A stretch of 64,000 nt of DNA, from assembly GCA_040954595.2 (NCBI GenBank), contig CM082596.2, positions 5,840,791 through 5,904,790 of the forward strand. Reading direction: 5' to 3'. The stretch comes from Balanoglossus misakiensis. Lineage: Eukaryota > Animalia > Hemichordata. The notes beneath the pieces were generated by a model. That model did not search any database. It was not told the DNA's origin and worked only from the letters and a program-made list of their open reading frames with translations. The position numbers were made by a program, and so were the translations under genes. This document shows, one piece after another, positions 13,751 to 26,500 of this stretch (positions are counted from its first letter, which is position 1; each line of letters begins with the position of its first letter).

Positions 13751-14094
13751 CAAAGTCTCTCTCTCGCTGCCCTTTTTTCCATTAATTATATTTGATACAA
13801 GACACCGTTTGTTATTCTACATGTGGATATATAGTGAATCAATGTTCGACCACACACAACTTCCATCCCTCTTATAGACAGGAGAGTGAAAAAAATCGCT
13901 AAAATGAATAATCATTCTTTACCATTTATTCATTTTGGGCGAGTTTTTACTCTCATATCATACAAGTGGGATGGAAGTTTTGTGTGGTTGATCATTGATT
14001 CACTATATATCCACATTTACATTAACATAAATGGTGTCTTGTATCAAACATAATTAATGGAAGGGGCAGCTGGAGAGAGACTTTGTCCCTTTAA
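13751..14094. mobile_element. Palindromic MITE-like element (~340 bp)
   Basis: Imperfect inverted arms of ~160 bp (caaagtctctctc...gagagagactttg). Right end is GTCCCTTTAA; the matching left terminus is missing. Confidence 0.8.
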
Positions 14095-15504
14095 CACATT
14101 TTTCCAATATTTAAATCCATTTCTCAGATGAATGAGGGATTTGATTTGAACTGCATTAATTGTAATTTTACTTTTAATTTAAAAACTCATTGCTGTGGGT
14201 TCATGATGATGACACAGTTTCTGCTGGTTTTGTGACAGCCCCCTTAATATAAACAATCTACGTGACAACTACCGTATATTTTTGCACGGATGATGTGCTT
14301 TTATATGTTTTATCTCCTTGAGTGCTCACAAACTCTGAAAAAAAACCTTTAGAAACAAGCTGGAAAGGGGCCATTATTATATGAACTGGTTTATTTCTCT
14401 ACCAAGCTGTTACTGCACTGAAACTGCTGATGACAAAATGGGTTTCAAGGAATCCCTGTTTTATTATTTAACAAATTACTTTGATATTTCACAACCCCTC
14501 CCCCATCACAAACTATGACCCTTCCCTTGGAAGTTGACCCTCATATTTGATTGTCACGTTGAAGCGCTCATCATGTAACCTTTCCAATATCACTCCACTG
14601 CCATAGTCAGAATTCTTGTCATATCAGCATGGCCAATGCTGTGACCATCACTAATGTGGCACATCCAGCAAACTTGATCCATGGATGACTCAAAGCATAA
14701 TTATATGATGAAACATTCCTTAGCTAGTATCTCATCTCTGACTTAAAACATAGTGTATATCATAAATTTTCTTATTTAACTACATGTTGCCATTATACAG
14801 AAATTTATATACGGTATTTGTAGAAACACTTAGTAAATCTGACATCTGTAGCCATTTCTCTTGCAAAGTTATACCGGTATAATGTTTAATTTGATATGAG
14901 AATCTTCGCTTATCTCCAATTATGTTAGTGGAATCAATTTGGAAACATGACTCGCTTTATTATACTGAAGAACACTGTTCATGTTTGTGCGTATTTGATT
15001 CTATTCCTGGAAAGATCAGGTTTGAGATGAAATGTATTGGATCACTCAGCTAAAATAGGTATCCAGGCACAAGAAATAAACTTTAACAATATAAATGTAA
15101 AAGTGATTCTGGTGCCTAGTAGTACTGTGAGCAAACACATTTAGTTACGCAGTAGGTGAATTATTATGAACTTTTTCCCCTTGGCTTTCTGATTAAATTT
15201 GTAAATTGCATCTCAAGGCGGCACTGCATTGATCTGCATATAGTTCAAATAAAATGCTAAACTTAAAGTGGTGTTAGGTTTCTCCTGATGAAAAAGTAAC
15301 GTAGACAATCGTGTCAAATTCTAAAGGCTTTGATTTCAAATTCATCCACTTGATCCATTCTTGAACTACCGGCGTGGAAAAATGCGGACAATTAAAGAAC
15401 GGGTTATTGATGTGCATATCAGAAATTGCAGCGACCCTCAGTCGACACTCAGTGTAACAGAGAAGAATGTAATCCAATAGGGAAAGAATTTCTGGACAGA
15501 TGTT

Positions 15505-15634
15505 AGGTCAAAGGTCGCGAGGGCACGCAGCGTGAGTAGCAGAGGAGAAGTGGGGGAAAAGATGAATGAAGAAAGTAAACAGTGACTGCCGGCATGCCTA
15601 GTAATGACCTCTGACCCTGCCTGACCTTTGACTT
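15505..15634. promoter_or_regulatory. Cluster of three DR1-type nuclear receptor elements
   Basis: AGGTCA-A-AGGTCG (15505-15517), TGACCT-C-TGACCC (15605-15617), TGACCT-T-TGACTT (15622-15634). Confidence 0.5.
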
Positions 15635-18600
15635 TCATTTAGTGCTTTGTTCCTTCTGCAGCACATCTTTTAAATATTTCCCCCAAAATTGAAGAGATGA
15701 CTTTTTCACACAATCAAAAAGTGACATTTCTGTCGGGAATTCTTTGGCATGTACATGTATGCATTTCAGCAACAGTTTGTTATGGTTTCAGTAACAGGTG
15801 CCATCGCAAAGTGACAGGTGTTTGGTTTTCACATCTGGACCAATTAAGAAAAACTGTCCTGTCCTATAAATAACCACATATAAATTTAATAGTATCTAAA
15901 TATCAGTATTTCTAAACCCTGAGATTGTGACTGCTAATGGGGAGCATAATTTCTCTCTCTGAATTGTTCTTTTTTATATTTTGTATACAAATATGGTGAA
16001 TTAATTATTATCCAATCAGTGCTTGTGTCATATATTGCTTTCAAGTACATGTACACAAACGTGAATATAATGGAACAGTGTGACTGTTTTATTTGGAACA
16101 TTTTTATTCACTGCATTGTATTAACTTCATCGTAGGAAAGTTTATAGTAAAACTTTCCATTTTAGATGGTGCACAAAAATGACAAGCTCAACCACTTTAG
16201 AGATTCATATTTCTCTGAATCATTTCAGATTTGCCATTCAATAAACCAATTGGACAGGATGTTGGCTTGTCATCATATTGTAAATGGAAACTGGTTGTTA
16301 AGAGATAAATTTAGAAGCTGTGAAATTATCGTCTGTGAGTAGATGTAGCTTGTTGGCTGCGGTATATGCTTTAAGGAACGGCTGAATGGCAAAAGTGATA
16401 TTACCCCTGCCGGCCTTAATTAGGGTCAGTGGATATGTGTTTGAGAACACACACTCCACAAGTTGTAATTTATCCCGGGGTGAAAGACCAGGGTATGTGC
16501 CATCTACACAGCCCATGGTGTGGCTTATGAAAATAGCGTTTACTGTCTTTGTTGTAAGATGATACGACAGATCTAGTGAGGGTATATATCTCATAAAGTT
16601 TAGTCACATGAAAAAAAAAGGCAGTCGGTATTCTGCCTTCTCTCCAGCTGGTCCGCTTGATTGGTGGGTGACAACTGGAGAGGGATACAATATCCGGCAA
16701 TCCATGGAAGACTCCATGCATGAACCTGTACTTTAATTTGCCAGTGGTGGCTTGTGCGTGGCATCCTGCCCAACAGAATCTGTGTCCAACAGAATCTGTG
16801 GAAACAAGTGCTACTGGATTTTGTTCACTGGCGTTGAATTCTGGGATTGTTTTGGTGTCGGGAGACAAGCCTGTGTGTTTGTATATTTATAGCGTACACT
16901 TCTAGCAGATCAAGTTAGTGATTATAACTGTGGGACAACTTTGACAAAGAAGGTATGTGGTCTTGATGTGGCAATAGCGTATGCGTACGTTACTTTTGCG
17001 TCATATTTTAGGTTCAAAAGGCCCAGTTCAAGGAAAGTCTGTCCATATTTATGCCAATCCAGAAATGATGAGCTCAAATGTTCTCATTGAGGCTTGTGAG
17101 GGTGTTTTGCTCTCACATTCTCTCATATGGTCGTGTACTACCAGTACTTGTAGGGCTTCATGTTTATAAAAATATCCAGTGTACCAGAGGAAAAGTAAGG
17201 ACATCCTTAAAGTGCCTCTCAAACTGGGATCATCAAGAGCCATTATTTCAACAACATAAAACACTTTGTGTTGTTAAAATTTGTACTTTTTGAATTGAAT
17301 TCTGCTTGTGACTTTCTCCTTTGACATATAAGACACCAAGTTGCAAGGTGATTTCCTGAACCCAATAGCATAGCTGTTGCATGTAAGTGATTTTGTACTT
17401 TGAGAAGAACATTTACCACAATGCTGTACTTAAAATCGAAAGTATTCTGGTCCATTTTTGTATCAACTGCATCAGAATTACTGTCTGGACCATGATACAG
17501 AAATAATCCCATATTCCCATTCTTTGTTCTGTCACCTAGATAATATTGTTTAGTCTACTGGGTGAGTTGCTCTATAATCCTGGCCTGTCATTCCCACTGA
17601 CATGAAAGAACTTATTTCCCTCAGGTCATTCAAAGATAAATACCTTGTGGTTGGTCTCCAAACAAATTGACATTTATGGATAGCTCTCAGAATAACTCAG
17701 CAGATATATTCCTGTTCCCAGTTATTTGGTCTTAGTGTATAAACCTCATGAACTTATTGGTGCTTGTAATTTTGGTGCTTGTCTTAATTTAGTGCAGACT
17801 TAAAGATCTCCAACAGTTTTGTTTGTTTTGTCAGTTGAATTGCGATGTTGACCATGATGAGTTGAATTCCCAAAAGGGAAATCGTGCCTGTGTCTGAGGA
17901 GCTTGCGATCCTAGACTGTGATGGCGCTATCATCCATTCAAGTTGTTGTCAGCATTTAGATGTACCGTATATATTGTGGTGTGACATTTATGGCTCAGTG
18001 GCTTCAGATAAATTTTTCTTGATTTAAACAAGATCAAGCATATTTTCTTTTGCATGTCACGAATTGAATCGAAAGCTAATTGCCATAAGGATGAATCCAA
18101 TACAGACAAAAAAACATCAAATCTGATTCCATATCTGCATTTATGGAACACAATATGCTGCGCTGTTTTTGCAGTCAAGTTAAATGTTTTCTTTTAATCA
18201 TATGGGCCACAGTACATTGTGCCATCAGAGGTGCAAAGGTTAGCTTATAATAAACAGCTGTTCTCATTTCAACTCAAGTAAAACCTTAGACAAATAGCCT
18301 TTTCGAAGGGCTATGTCAATCGATATTTTCGTCTTCCCTTTAAGTTACAAAATTAGAGTCATTATAGACTTCCGTCTGTCTTAAATCACAGCAGATTCAC
18401 ATTGTTGACACTCAAGCTTGTTATTCTCATCTGTTGTATGCAAGTAAGAGTGCAAATCATCCAAAGTTGTATTAAGTAACAAGACAGCTATCAATTTTCA
18501 GGATGATTCAGTGGCCCTGAATATTTTACAGCCTGCTTGTAAATTAAAATAGAAACTTTAGTTATTTATGGTAATCTTGTAAGCCTGGGATAAATCTCAA

Positions 18601-18860
18601 TTCTTGCACTAGGGTAGGAAAGTGACCATGTTTCTTTTTGGAAGAGAAACAAGTGTTCAGTGCATTGAAATAAATGTGTAATTATTATGTTAGCTGATAC
18701 TGTTGGCTTTTTCTCTACTCCTATGCTGTCATTCCAGAGCAAAGAAATTTCCTGTAAGATGATTATGTTTTCACACATAAAAACTTTTCAAGACAACATC
18801 TGCTTTCCTGAATACTCATTTTCTAAAATTATTCCTCTGTTTTTTTTTTTTGCTTGCCAG

Positions 18861-20249
18861 GGTATATCAAGCTTGCTGCCTTCTCACAGCGCAAAGCAAG
18901 ATGATGATCACGGTGGCCAAGATGACGAAGAGCTGATCATGAAATCTGCACAAAATGGTTCCAGTCTGGAAAGGTCTCGTGGGAGACCCATGGATGCTTC
19001 GAAGCAAAGGAGTTACCATGGTGATCACGCCAACCGAGAAACCCCGAGCCCAGAGAAACAACAACTGCCGTCCGAACCGACTCACGGAAACGGTCTCGTG
19101 GTGCCGCTCGACCAGCAGGGGAGTGCCAGCAGTGAGCACGAATCGTACGCCACCCCACCCACCAGTATGTCAAACTCCCGCGAGACCAGTCCAACAGGTG
19201 TGCCCGACAGGCGAGAGCCAGCCACCGCATCCAAACCATCGCAGCGCGTTCTTCCTCTGCCAAGTCAGGTCCCCGGAAGGCCCGGTCGAGATCGTGATTC
19301 TCAAACTGCCAGTGATTCACAAGACATCGCTCCTGCATCTTCGGGATCAAGCAGTCCGAAAATGTGGCACGTAAACCCCCTTCAGCAGTCCGAGGGGAAG
19401 AAGTCCCGCAGTCCGAGCAGTCGAAAGAAGCGGGGCAACAAAGCGAAATTAGCCCGTGTACCTCCGGTCGACAGTTCACAGGCAACAGGCCATCCCAGCA
19501 TCCAGAGTCCCACCACCAGGCAGGAGATACCATTAATCCGGCAAGGATCACTTCCCGGAAGTTTTGAACAGCGGCGTTCTACAATATCATCTCCGGTGTC
19601 TTACACACCACCTCCACAACACAAGCACCAGCCAACGAGTCAGAGCACGGGTGTGCCAGTGCAGCGTCAGCGCGGGGTTTTGACAAGGCACTTCAGTAGC
19701 GACAATGTGCCGGTCTCCTTCACCCATACACCGCCGAGTCCACAGCTTCCTGGAAGGCCGAGGCACTACAGTGTTGGCGACCACAGAAGTGCTTTCTCTC
19801 CGCCACAGCAGAAGTTGTCAAAACAGCTGAGTCTGCAGGAGGAGTACGTGCGGTACGAGAACGGAGAGAGATACAGGTATCCAGAAGTCAAAACTCGCAC
19901 TAATCAAACTCCGCCACCACCCCCTCAAAGGTCAAGCAGTCATGTTTGGTCGAGGCAGATCTCTGGACAGTCGTGGTCTTCACCGCCTCCCCAGGTTCCA
20001 AGTCCCAGTTTCCATTACTCGAATCAAGGCCAAGATGTCATCAGCTCCGCCAGTCAACCCACTCAACAAGCAGTCAGAGATGCAAGCCAACCACGTTTTC
20101 CCCAGGACGGTCTGACGTACAGCCAGCCTGTGCAGTCTCCAACACTTCAGCAAGCTCAACTCCCAAGTAGTCCAACACAGCACAGTCCATTTCCTCCTAA
20201 TTTACATTCGATGCATCCAAACCAACAGCTTTACTATCAACTCCAGCAG

Positions 20250-20282
<33 letters not shown>

Positions 20283-23200
20283 TTTCAACAGCACCAATAT
20301 CAACAACAGCAACCAAAGTTACAGCCAGCTCCAATGCACTACGCCAGGCAAAATAGTGCTCCTGTTTTACAATCAGGCCAATCTCAACAAGTCTATCAAG
20401 GCTACTCTGTTCATCCAGGGCCGGCAGCACAGCAGCCAACTGGAGAACTTCCTCTTCAGGAGAAATACTACCAGCAGAAGGAGAGAGATCCCAGCAACTC
20501 TCCGCCTCAAGGATATACCGGCAGCTATCCAAGTGACACTGCCCATAGCAGTACATCTTCGTCCAGGTATGACAGCGAAACTCGCCCTCTCCTCCCCCAC
20601 CACACCAGAAGTTCCACCAGCACAACAACCACAACTACTACCACGAGCCCAGACCCAACCGCAGACACTCTTTTCTACTTGGTTTCCAAGCATGACAGCA
20701 AACAACGAACTTCTTCGGGAGATGGAGACCTACAGGATCAATCCAGAGCAGAGTACGGATCAAGCAGAGGCGGCGCAATACAAGATATTATCGACTTCAG
20801 AGATCAACATGAAGAGGATGCTTTTTACATCAACGCAGAAGCGTTGCTGAAAGACGAGAAAGCTAGAAGAGGAAGGAGTCTTGAAAGAAATGATCCGGCA
20901 TGGGAGGACCATATCCGGAGGAGGGAACGCAGAAGGGATGAATTGATCCGATCCTCATCACAAGAAAGGGAAGAGAGACAACAACAAAGGCAGAGGGGCT
21001 CCACTTCAGAAAGGGTGACAAATTCAGAGCAGGAGTATGCAAGCGTGCCTCCGTCTCCAAGGAGGGCATCCAGGCACTCCAGTCGCAGCCCTCAAAGGAG
21101 TTCCAGAAGTCAAAGGCGTGAGAGTCCCAGCCCCCGGCCAAAGCGAAAAGTGAGTGGTTCAAAAGAAAAACTTTCAGTAAAATCAGACCAGATTCCTGTG
21201 TATGCCAATGTGCCTCTACAAAAGAAGGTTAAGGCAAAGAAAAAGGAGAAGAAATCGTATGAGGCACCGGTTTATGCAAATGTGCCAATACAGGGAGACA
21301 AAAGAAGACAAAGGAGCCTCAGTAGCCCCTCATCTACCGGTATACCCAAACAGTTAGAGGTACCACCAGATGAACAACCTGAATATGTCAATGTGCCGCT
21401 GCGTTATGACAGAATAAGCCGAAGCCCATCCAGCTGGAAAGAACAGTATGTGATGGACTATGTTCAGAAGTCGTCAGATCCAGATCTCGTGAAACGAAGG
21501 CCGCCGGCAGGTCCGAAGAAATCCGAACGGGAAAGTCCGGTGCCAAGGAGAGTACAGGAGAGCCCATCCCCAAAGAAGAAGATTGATAGTTTATCAAAGG
21601 ATAGCCGGTCACTCAGCCCTCCAACCAGACGGGCCGATAGTCCCAGGTTTTCCCCCAAAAGCAGTCCCTGGCAGAGGAGACAGGAAAGCCCTTCGCCTGT
21701 GCGCAGAGAAAGGCCAAGGAGCTTTGAGGGTGAACCAGGTGATGGAGAAACTAGAAAGCAAAAGGTTCGTGACAGTGAACGGCCAAGGAGTGTTCACGAG
21801 GAACTACTCATGCCGGGAGTTGTTCCGGCTGCTATCGGATATCTCAGAACTAGAAGAGGTCGAGGTTCTGTGAGAGGTGTGAATGAACCTCATCAAAGGA
21901 GTCAGAGTGTTGGACGTGTGGAGAGGTCAAGCAACGATCTTTGCTACTCGGCCAGCAACCTAGAACATTATGCAAGGGATACATCGGATATCACAGACTC
22001 CTTGCCCAGGTCCTGGGGAATGGAGATGTTTGCCAGACGGAGAAGGAATCTGCAGCTTTTTCAAGACGGCTTAGAGCTGGATGCGAGGGAAGGATTTACC
22101 AACCAGGCGTATATTCCAGACACTCTTGACCGAGATCGACCGTGGGAGAACAGGGATGCGACAGAAAGAAGTCGGCTCCGACGACAAGGCTCGTACGAGG
22201 ATGCGCTCGAGAGAGGCTTGATATCAACATCCAGCAGCAGTCCCGAAAGACAATCACCCGTCAAACTGAGTGGAAAAGATGCACAGCTATATTACCTTCA
22301 CGGAACTGAAGACAGTATTCCAAATTTAAGCAATTACTACGGCAAGAAACCAGCACGTCATCGGCGAAGTGAAGACTTTGAAAATGCGCTGAGAGAGCTC
22401 GATGAAATGTACGCTAAATTAAACATTGAAACTGACGATCTGTACCGGCCACATCATGGTGAAGGTTACGGTCGAAGCAAGTCCACAGAGGTGCCCTTGC
22501 ATTCTCAGCATAAGATTCCTGTACCTAGGAAACATAGAAAAGAAGCCCCTTCTCAAAAAGCCAAAAGACGAGCTCAGAGGGAGCGCCCTCACAGTTTCAC
22601 TGCAGGTTTATCAATGAGCAGGGATTCGGAAATTCCATACCAACCCCAAAAGAAGCAACTTCACGTGAAACCTTCCAATAAAAAGAATGATGAAGTGCCA
22701 AAACATGAAAGGGTTGCATCAAAAGCAAGATATAGATCCCAGGAGTATGATTTCTCGAGCAGTGATGAAGAATATGACCAGCGGTTGTTGCAGAAGGCCA
22801 AATCTACGGCGGCTGTTTTCCGTAGACCTGAGATGTATGACAATCCAAGTTCCAGCTCAGACAGCAGTCCACAACTTCAAAGGATCAGTTTGAGGGGAAG
22901 AAGCCACAGCGCGGACAACGTTGTTCCCAGGCGAGAAGGTCAAGTCAAACTTCAAGGACCGCCACAAAGACCCTACGGCAAAGTGGTGATACCCAGCGAT
23001 CTAAGTATATCTCAGGACGATTCTCCGCCTCTGGTGAAAGAGAGATCGGACGACGTGAAAGACAACCGTGAATTGGAAGAAATGTATAACGCCAGTGGTC
23101 TTCACCCCCGTCTCGTGTGGATTACCGACTCTGACTCGATGTCCGTACAGAGAGGTTCAACAGAACATCAGGTATCGACCTCAGAGTTGGAGGAGGAGCT

Positions 23201-23586
23201 CCCTAAGGACGAGGAAGAACTCGGAACTAAAGAAAAAACAAAACAGCAGATGGGATCCGCTAAGGAGGCCAAAACTTGTGACAAAGCTGCTGAAAAACGA
23301 TCTCATAAGCAGACGCACCCAAGCGGGATACCTAAACCACGTAAATCCGAAACTGCGGAACGCGTCTCCAAAACGCCGGACTCGTCACCCGTGTATATTC
23401 GCAACGTGAGGGTTCTGCACAGGGCCAAGGTGAAGGCCAGGAAGGAATCTCCGGAGAAACCCAAGTCAATCCTGGATGATCCCAGCATTCCCTTGGCGGA
23501 TGGGAGTGAAGGAGAGGATGAGGAAGTGAAGGCATTGATGCAGCCATCCTTAGAGGAGGTCAAACTTCAGAAGACCGCCATGACAG
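18861..23586 (+). CDS. Giant 4,726-nt coding exon (~1,575 aa), S/P/R/Q-rich and predicted disordered, with a poly-Q tract
   Basis: Core of ORF 18687-23600. Acceptor (T)n-GCTTGCCAG|GGT in phase 0 and donor ACAG|GTAGAC in phase 1. Composition shifts sharply at both boundaries. Confidence 0.9.
20242..20312 (+). repeat. CAA/CAG-rich coding microsatellite (poly-glutamine)
   Basis: cagcagcaacaacaacaacatcaacaacaacaacaacaa... encoding QQQQQQHQQQQQQFQQHQYQQQQ. Confidence 0.9.
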
Positions 23587-26500
23587 GTAGACCCTTATAA
23601 AATATGGTGGTAGCTAGTCTTCCCTTTGGTCACCCTCGGGTATCATCAGTTCATTGGGTCTTTCAAAAATCTGCCATGTGAAAAATAGATCACTAAGATC
23701 TATGATTATAGTGCGTCCTTGCCCTATAATAATTGCCCTATTGTTGTGCATGTGAAGCCAGCTGGGAATCTGACAAAATTAGGTAAAAATGTGTTGTGTG
23801 GGAGTGCACAAGACTATCCATGCTCCATTGTAGTTTCTCAACCAATCAACCCTCAAATTCAATGATCTTGACATGCTTCATGCTAATACCATAGAAAAGC
23901 AGGAAAGGGTTGATCATGCCGATATTGTCCCATCCTAACATAGCTGGGAAGTTTTAGAAACCCCCCGACTAAAGCCTATACTGCAGTTGGCAACATTTGT
24001 GGTAAAGTTGACAATAGACTACATGCCCCTTGACAAAGTCCACTGAGAAGTCCCGAAAACGGTTGAATTGGCCTGGCATCACACACTAACTAGGTTCTTT
24101 ATTAAGAATGGGTTTTATCCAAAAGCATGAAAAAAAGTTTCTCCCCCAACAACTGATAATATCTGTATTAATAACATTATGACTGTCTGGTACTGGAAGT
24201 TGTTGTTAGGCCAACAACACAAATCCGGCCAACAAACGCACATCTGACAAGCTCACTGTTCAATTTCTATGCAAATTTCTGTTGTCATGACGCTGTAACT
24301 CTTGTTGGTGATTGGCTTGTATCCTCTACTCTTCCTCATCCATCTCTACCTCCTCTCAGTTTGTCTCCATCACAAATTTTCTCATCTATTATGACATCTA
24401 CAAAACTCAGACAAAAATCTTTTCTCTTTTCCACTATCTTTACTTGATTTCTGTCTTTGCTGGAGCGCCAAGACTCTACTCATACTTTTGACCAATTCTG
24501 TCGGGTTTTATCATAATCTCTGTGTTCTGAATGTCATGATAGCCTTCTCATGGTTGTGGTAAAAAGGCCTGAGCCCATTTTGCCTGTTTTCACATTAACA
24601 GCGTAGTTCAATGAACTAAAACCAGGTGAACATCAAAGTATATGCTAATCTACCATGTAAAAATCACATTTTTATGGTATAAAGTGAATTCTGCTCTGCA
24701 TAACTTACAAAAATATAAATTTTTATGCGAATAGATTAATATGCTTATTTATTTATGTGTATCATGAGTTTACAGTACTTCCTTCCTTATTTATGTTTTC
24801 CATATTTAACAGTTTTTTAAAAGTACTTGGTTATTTTGATGCTAGTGTGGACCATAACTCATCTAATTTCTTCATAGTTCTTTGCTGATAAACAACAGTA
24901 TACTTCAGATTGCGGCAGAGTTGATACACAAATTAAACTGACCAGTTTGCCTCCAAGAACCACTTATAAACTGCATTTAGTCCAAATATTTTGAAACGAA
25001 ATTTTGTAAAAAAAAATATCCCATAATCCATTCTGATTTGTTGTAAATTCATATATCTCTTTGTAGACTTTTCCAACCGATCTCATCAGATTGTTTCATA
25101 AACCTTTTAAATCTAATTTATCGATCTCACTTCAATTTTAATATTTATCAGATTCTCACGGATAAAACATTTATAAAACTTACAACTGATTGTGTTGCCT
25201 TCCGTACAGAACAATTTATAGGAAATAGGAAAAATATATTGCACTTTATTTAACTTTTTAATTATTTAATATTTATTTTTAATTCAATTATGTTTGGGGA
25301 GGGAGATATTACTGGTACCAAACCTTTACAAAGCACTTACCTTCGATATTAAAGTACAATATTTATAGAAACTTTCAACCTTATTTTGATACAATTTACC
25401 CACGGTTTTGTTACTTTATTTCTGAACTGCACTGCCATTTGATATTATTACTTTGTAAAAATTATTTTACGTTTAGCTCTTATGTTTTACTCTTCTTGTT
25501 GTGGCCGTGAGTGGCAAAAATTTATTGTACTCACCAAAAAATAAAAGCCCTCTGTCAATAGTTCCATGATGTTTTCAAATCTTTCTTCGTTCAGAGTGCC
25601 TTACTGGTACATAGCCTGTCCATTCTTATATGACTTCACATATGTTTTCTGTAAGATATCAATTGAGATTCAAAACATAATTAAAAATAATTGCATTTAA
25701 AAGCTAAGGTTTTCACTCTCAAGTTTGACAGGGTTTACCAAAGCACACTTTCTTGAAGAAATTGACAATATAAAGTGTATGAGTGTTAGGATACAACATG
25801 ACATCAAATTTCTGAATGCAAGATTCAATGTTGTATTAGACCAAGTAAATGTGCTTTAAAGATTTCACACCTCTTGGAACAGGTTAACACATTTCTGGAG
25901 TGATTTCACTATACAGTGAAAACTCTCCACAGTGTTTAATAATTAAATTAATGGCTATCTCTTCTCTTAAAGAGAAACGTTAAGCTCAAAACATCTTCAA
26001 TTTAATGGCCTCTTCAATACATTCTTTTCCACAGTTGTTAAAATACTCACTGGGAAACTTTGCAAGCAATAGAGTGGTGTGTAGCACATTCATGATGGAG
26101 TACTCAGTAAGTTCACACATTATAAATATAGCACTTATTGTTACAAATGGAAAAGAAAATATAAGAACATGTTATGTAAAGTGCAATACTGGGACAGACA
26201 CACACAGAGAGAAAATAGACAAGATCTGCTGACGAAGTGGCTGAATGATGGCGACACACAAGCAGTTAGAGAAGTACACGCCCTCACTATGGCGATGACC
26301 TCATCTGACCTCCAAGTTGAACTGATCTTCAGGACACTGAGGGCTAATCACCCATTCAGGTGTTATGTTTCAAAAGAGAGCAGATATTAAAACTGTGGTG
26401 AGAGTTTTGATATCAGGAATGTTTGTGAAATTGTTTTGTTTGAAGGCAAATAATGCTGCTGTCAAACTTAGATTACAAACAATTACAAATACAGGCTAAG

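Noticed and set aside
16770-16800. Short tandem duplication ccaacagaatctgtg x2 (similar cases near 17757 and 49527)
   Set aside because: Ordinary slippage duplications, not arrays.
16860-16952. Donor AAG|GTATGT at 16952 with an upstream ATTGG box
   Set aside because: No in-frame ATG in phase 0 or 1. It could be a non-coding leader, but its extent cannot be supported.
18687-18860. N-terminal 58 codons of the 1637-aa ORF
   Set aside because: Intron-like composition ending in a poly-T tract and CAG acceptor; the coding exon most likely starts at 18861.
18867-23563. Antisense and off-frame ORFs overlapping the giant exon
   Set aside because: Shadow ORFs expected in GC-richer coding DNA; no recognisable protein features.
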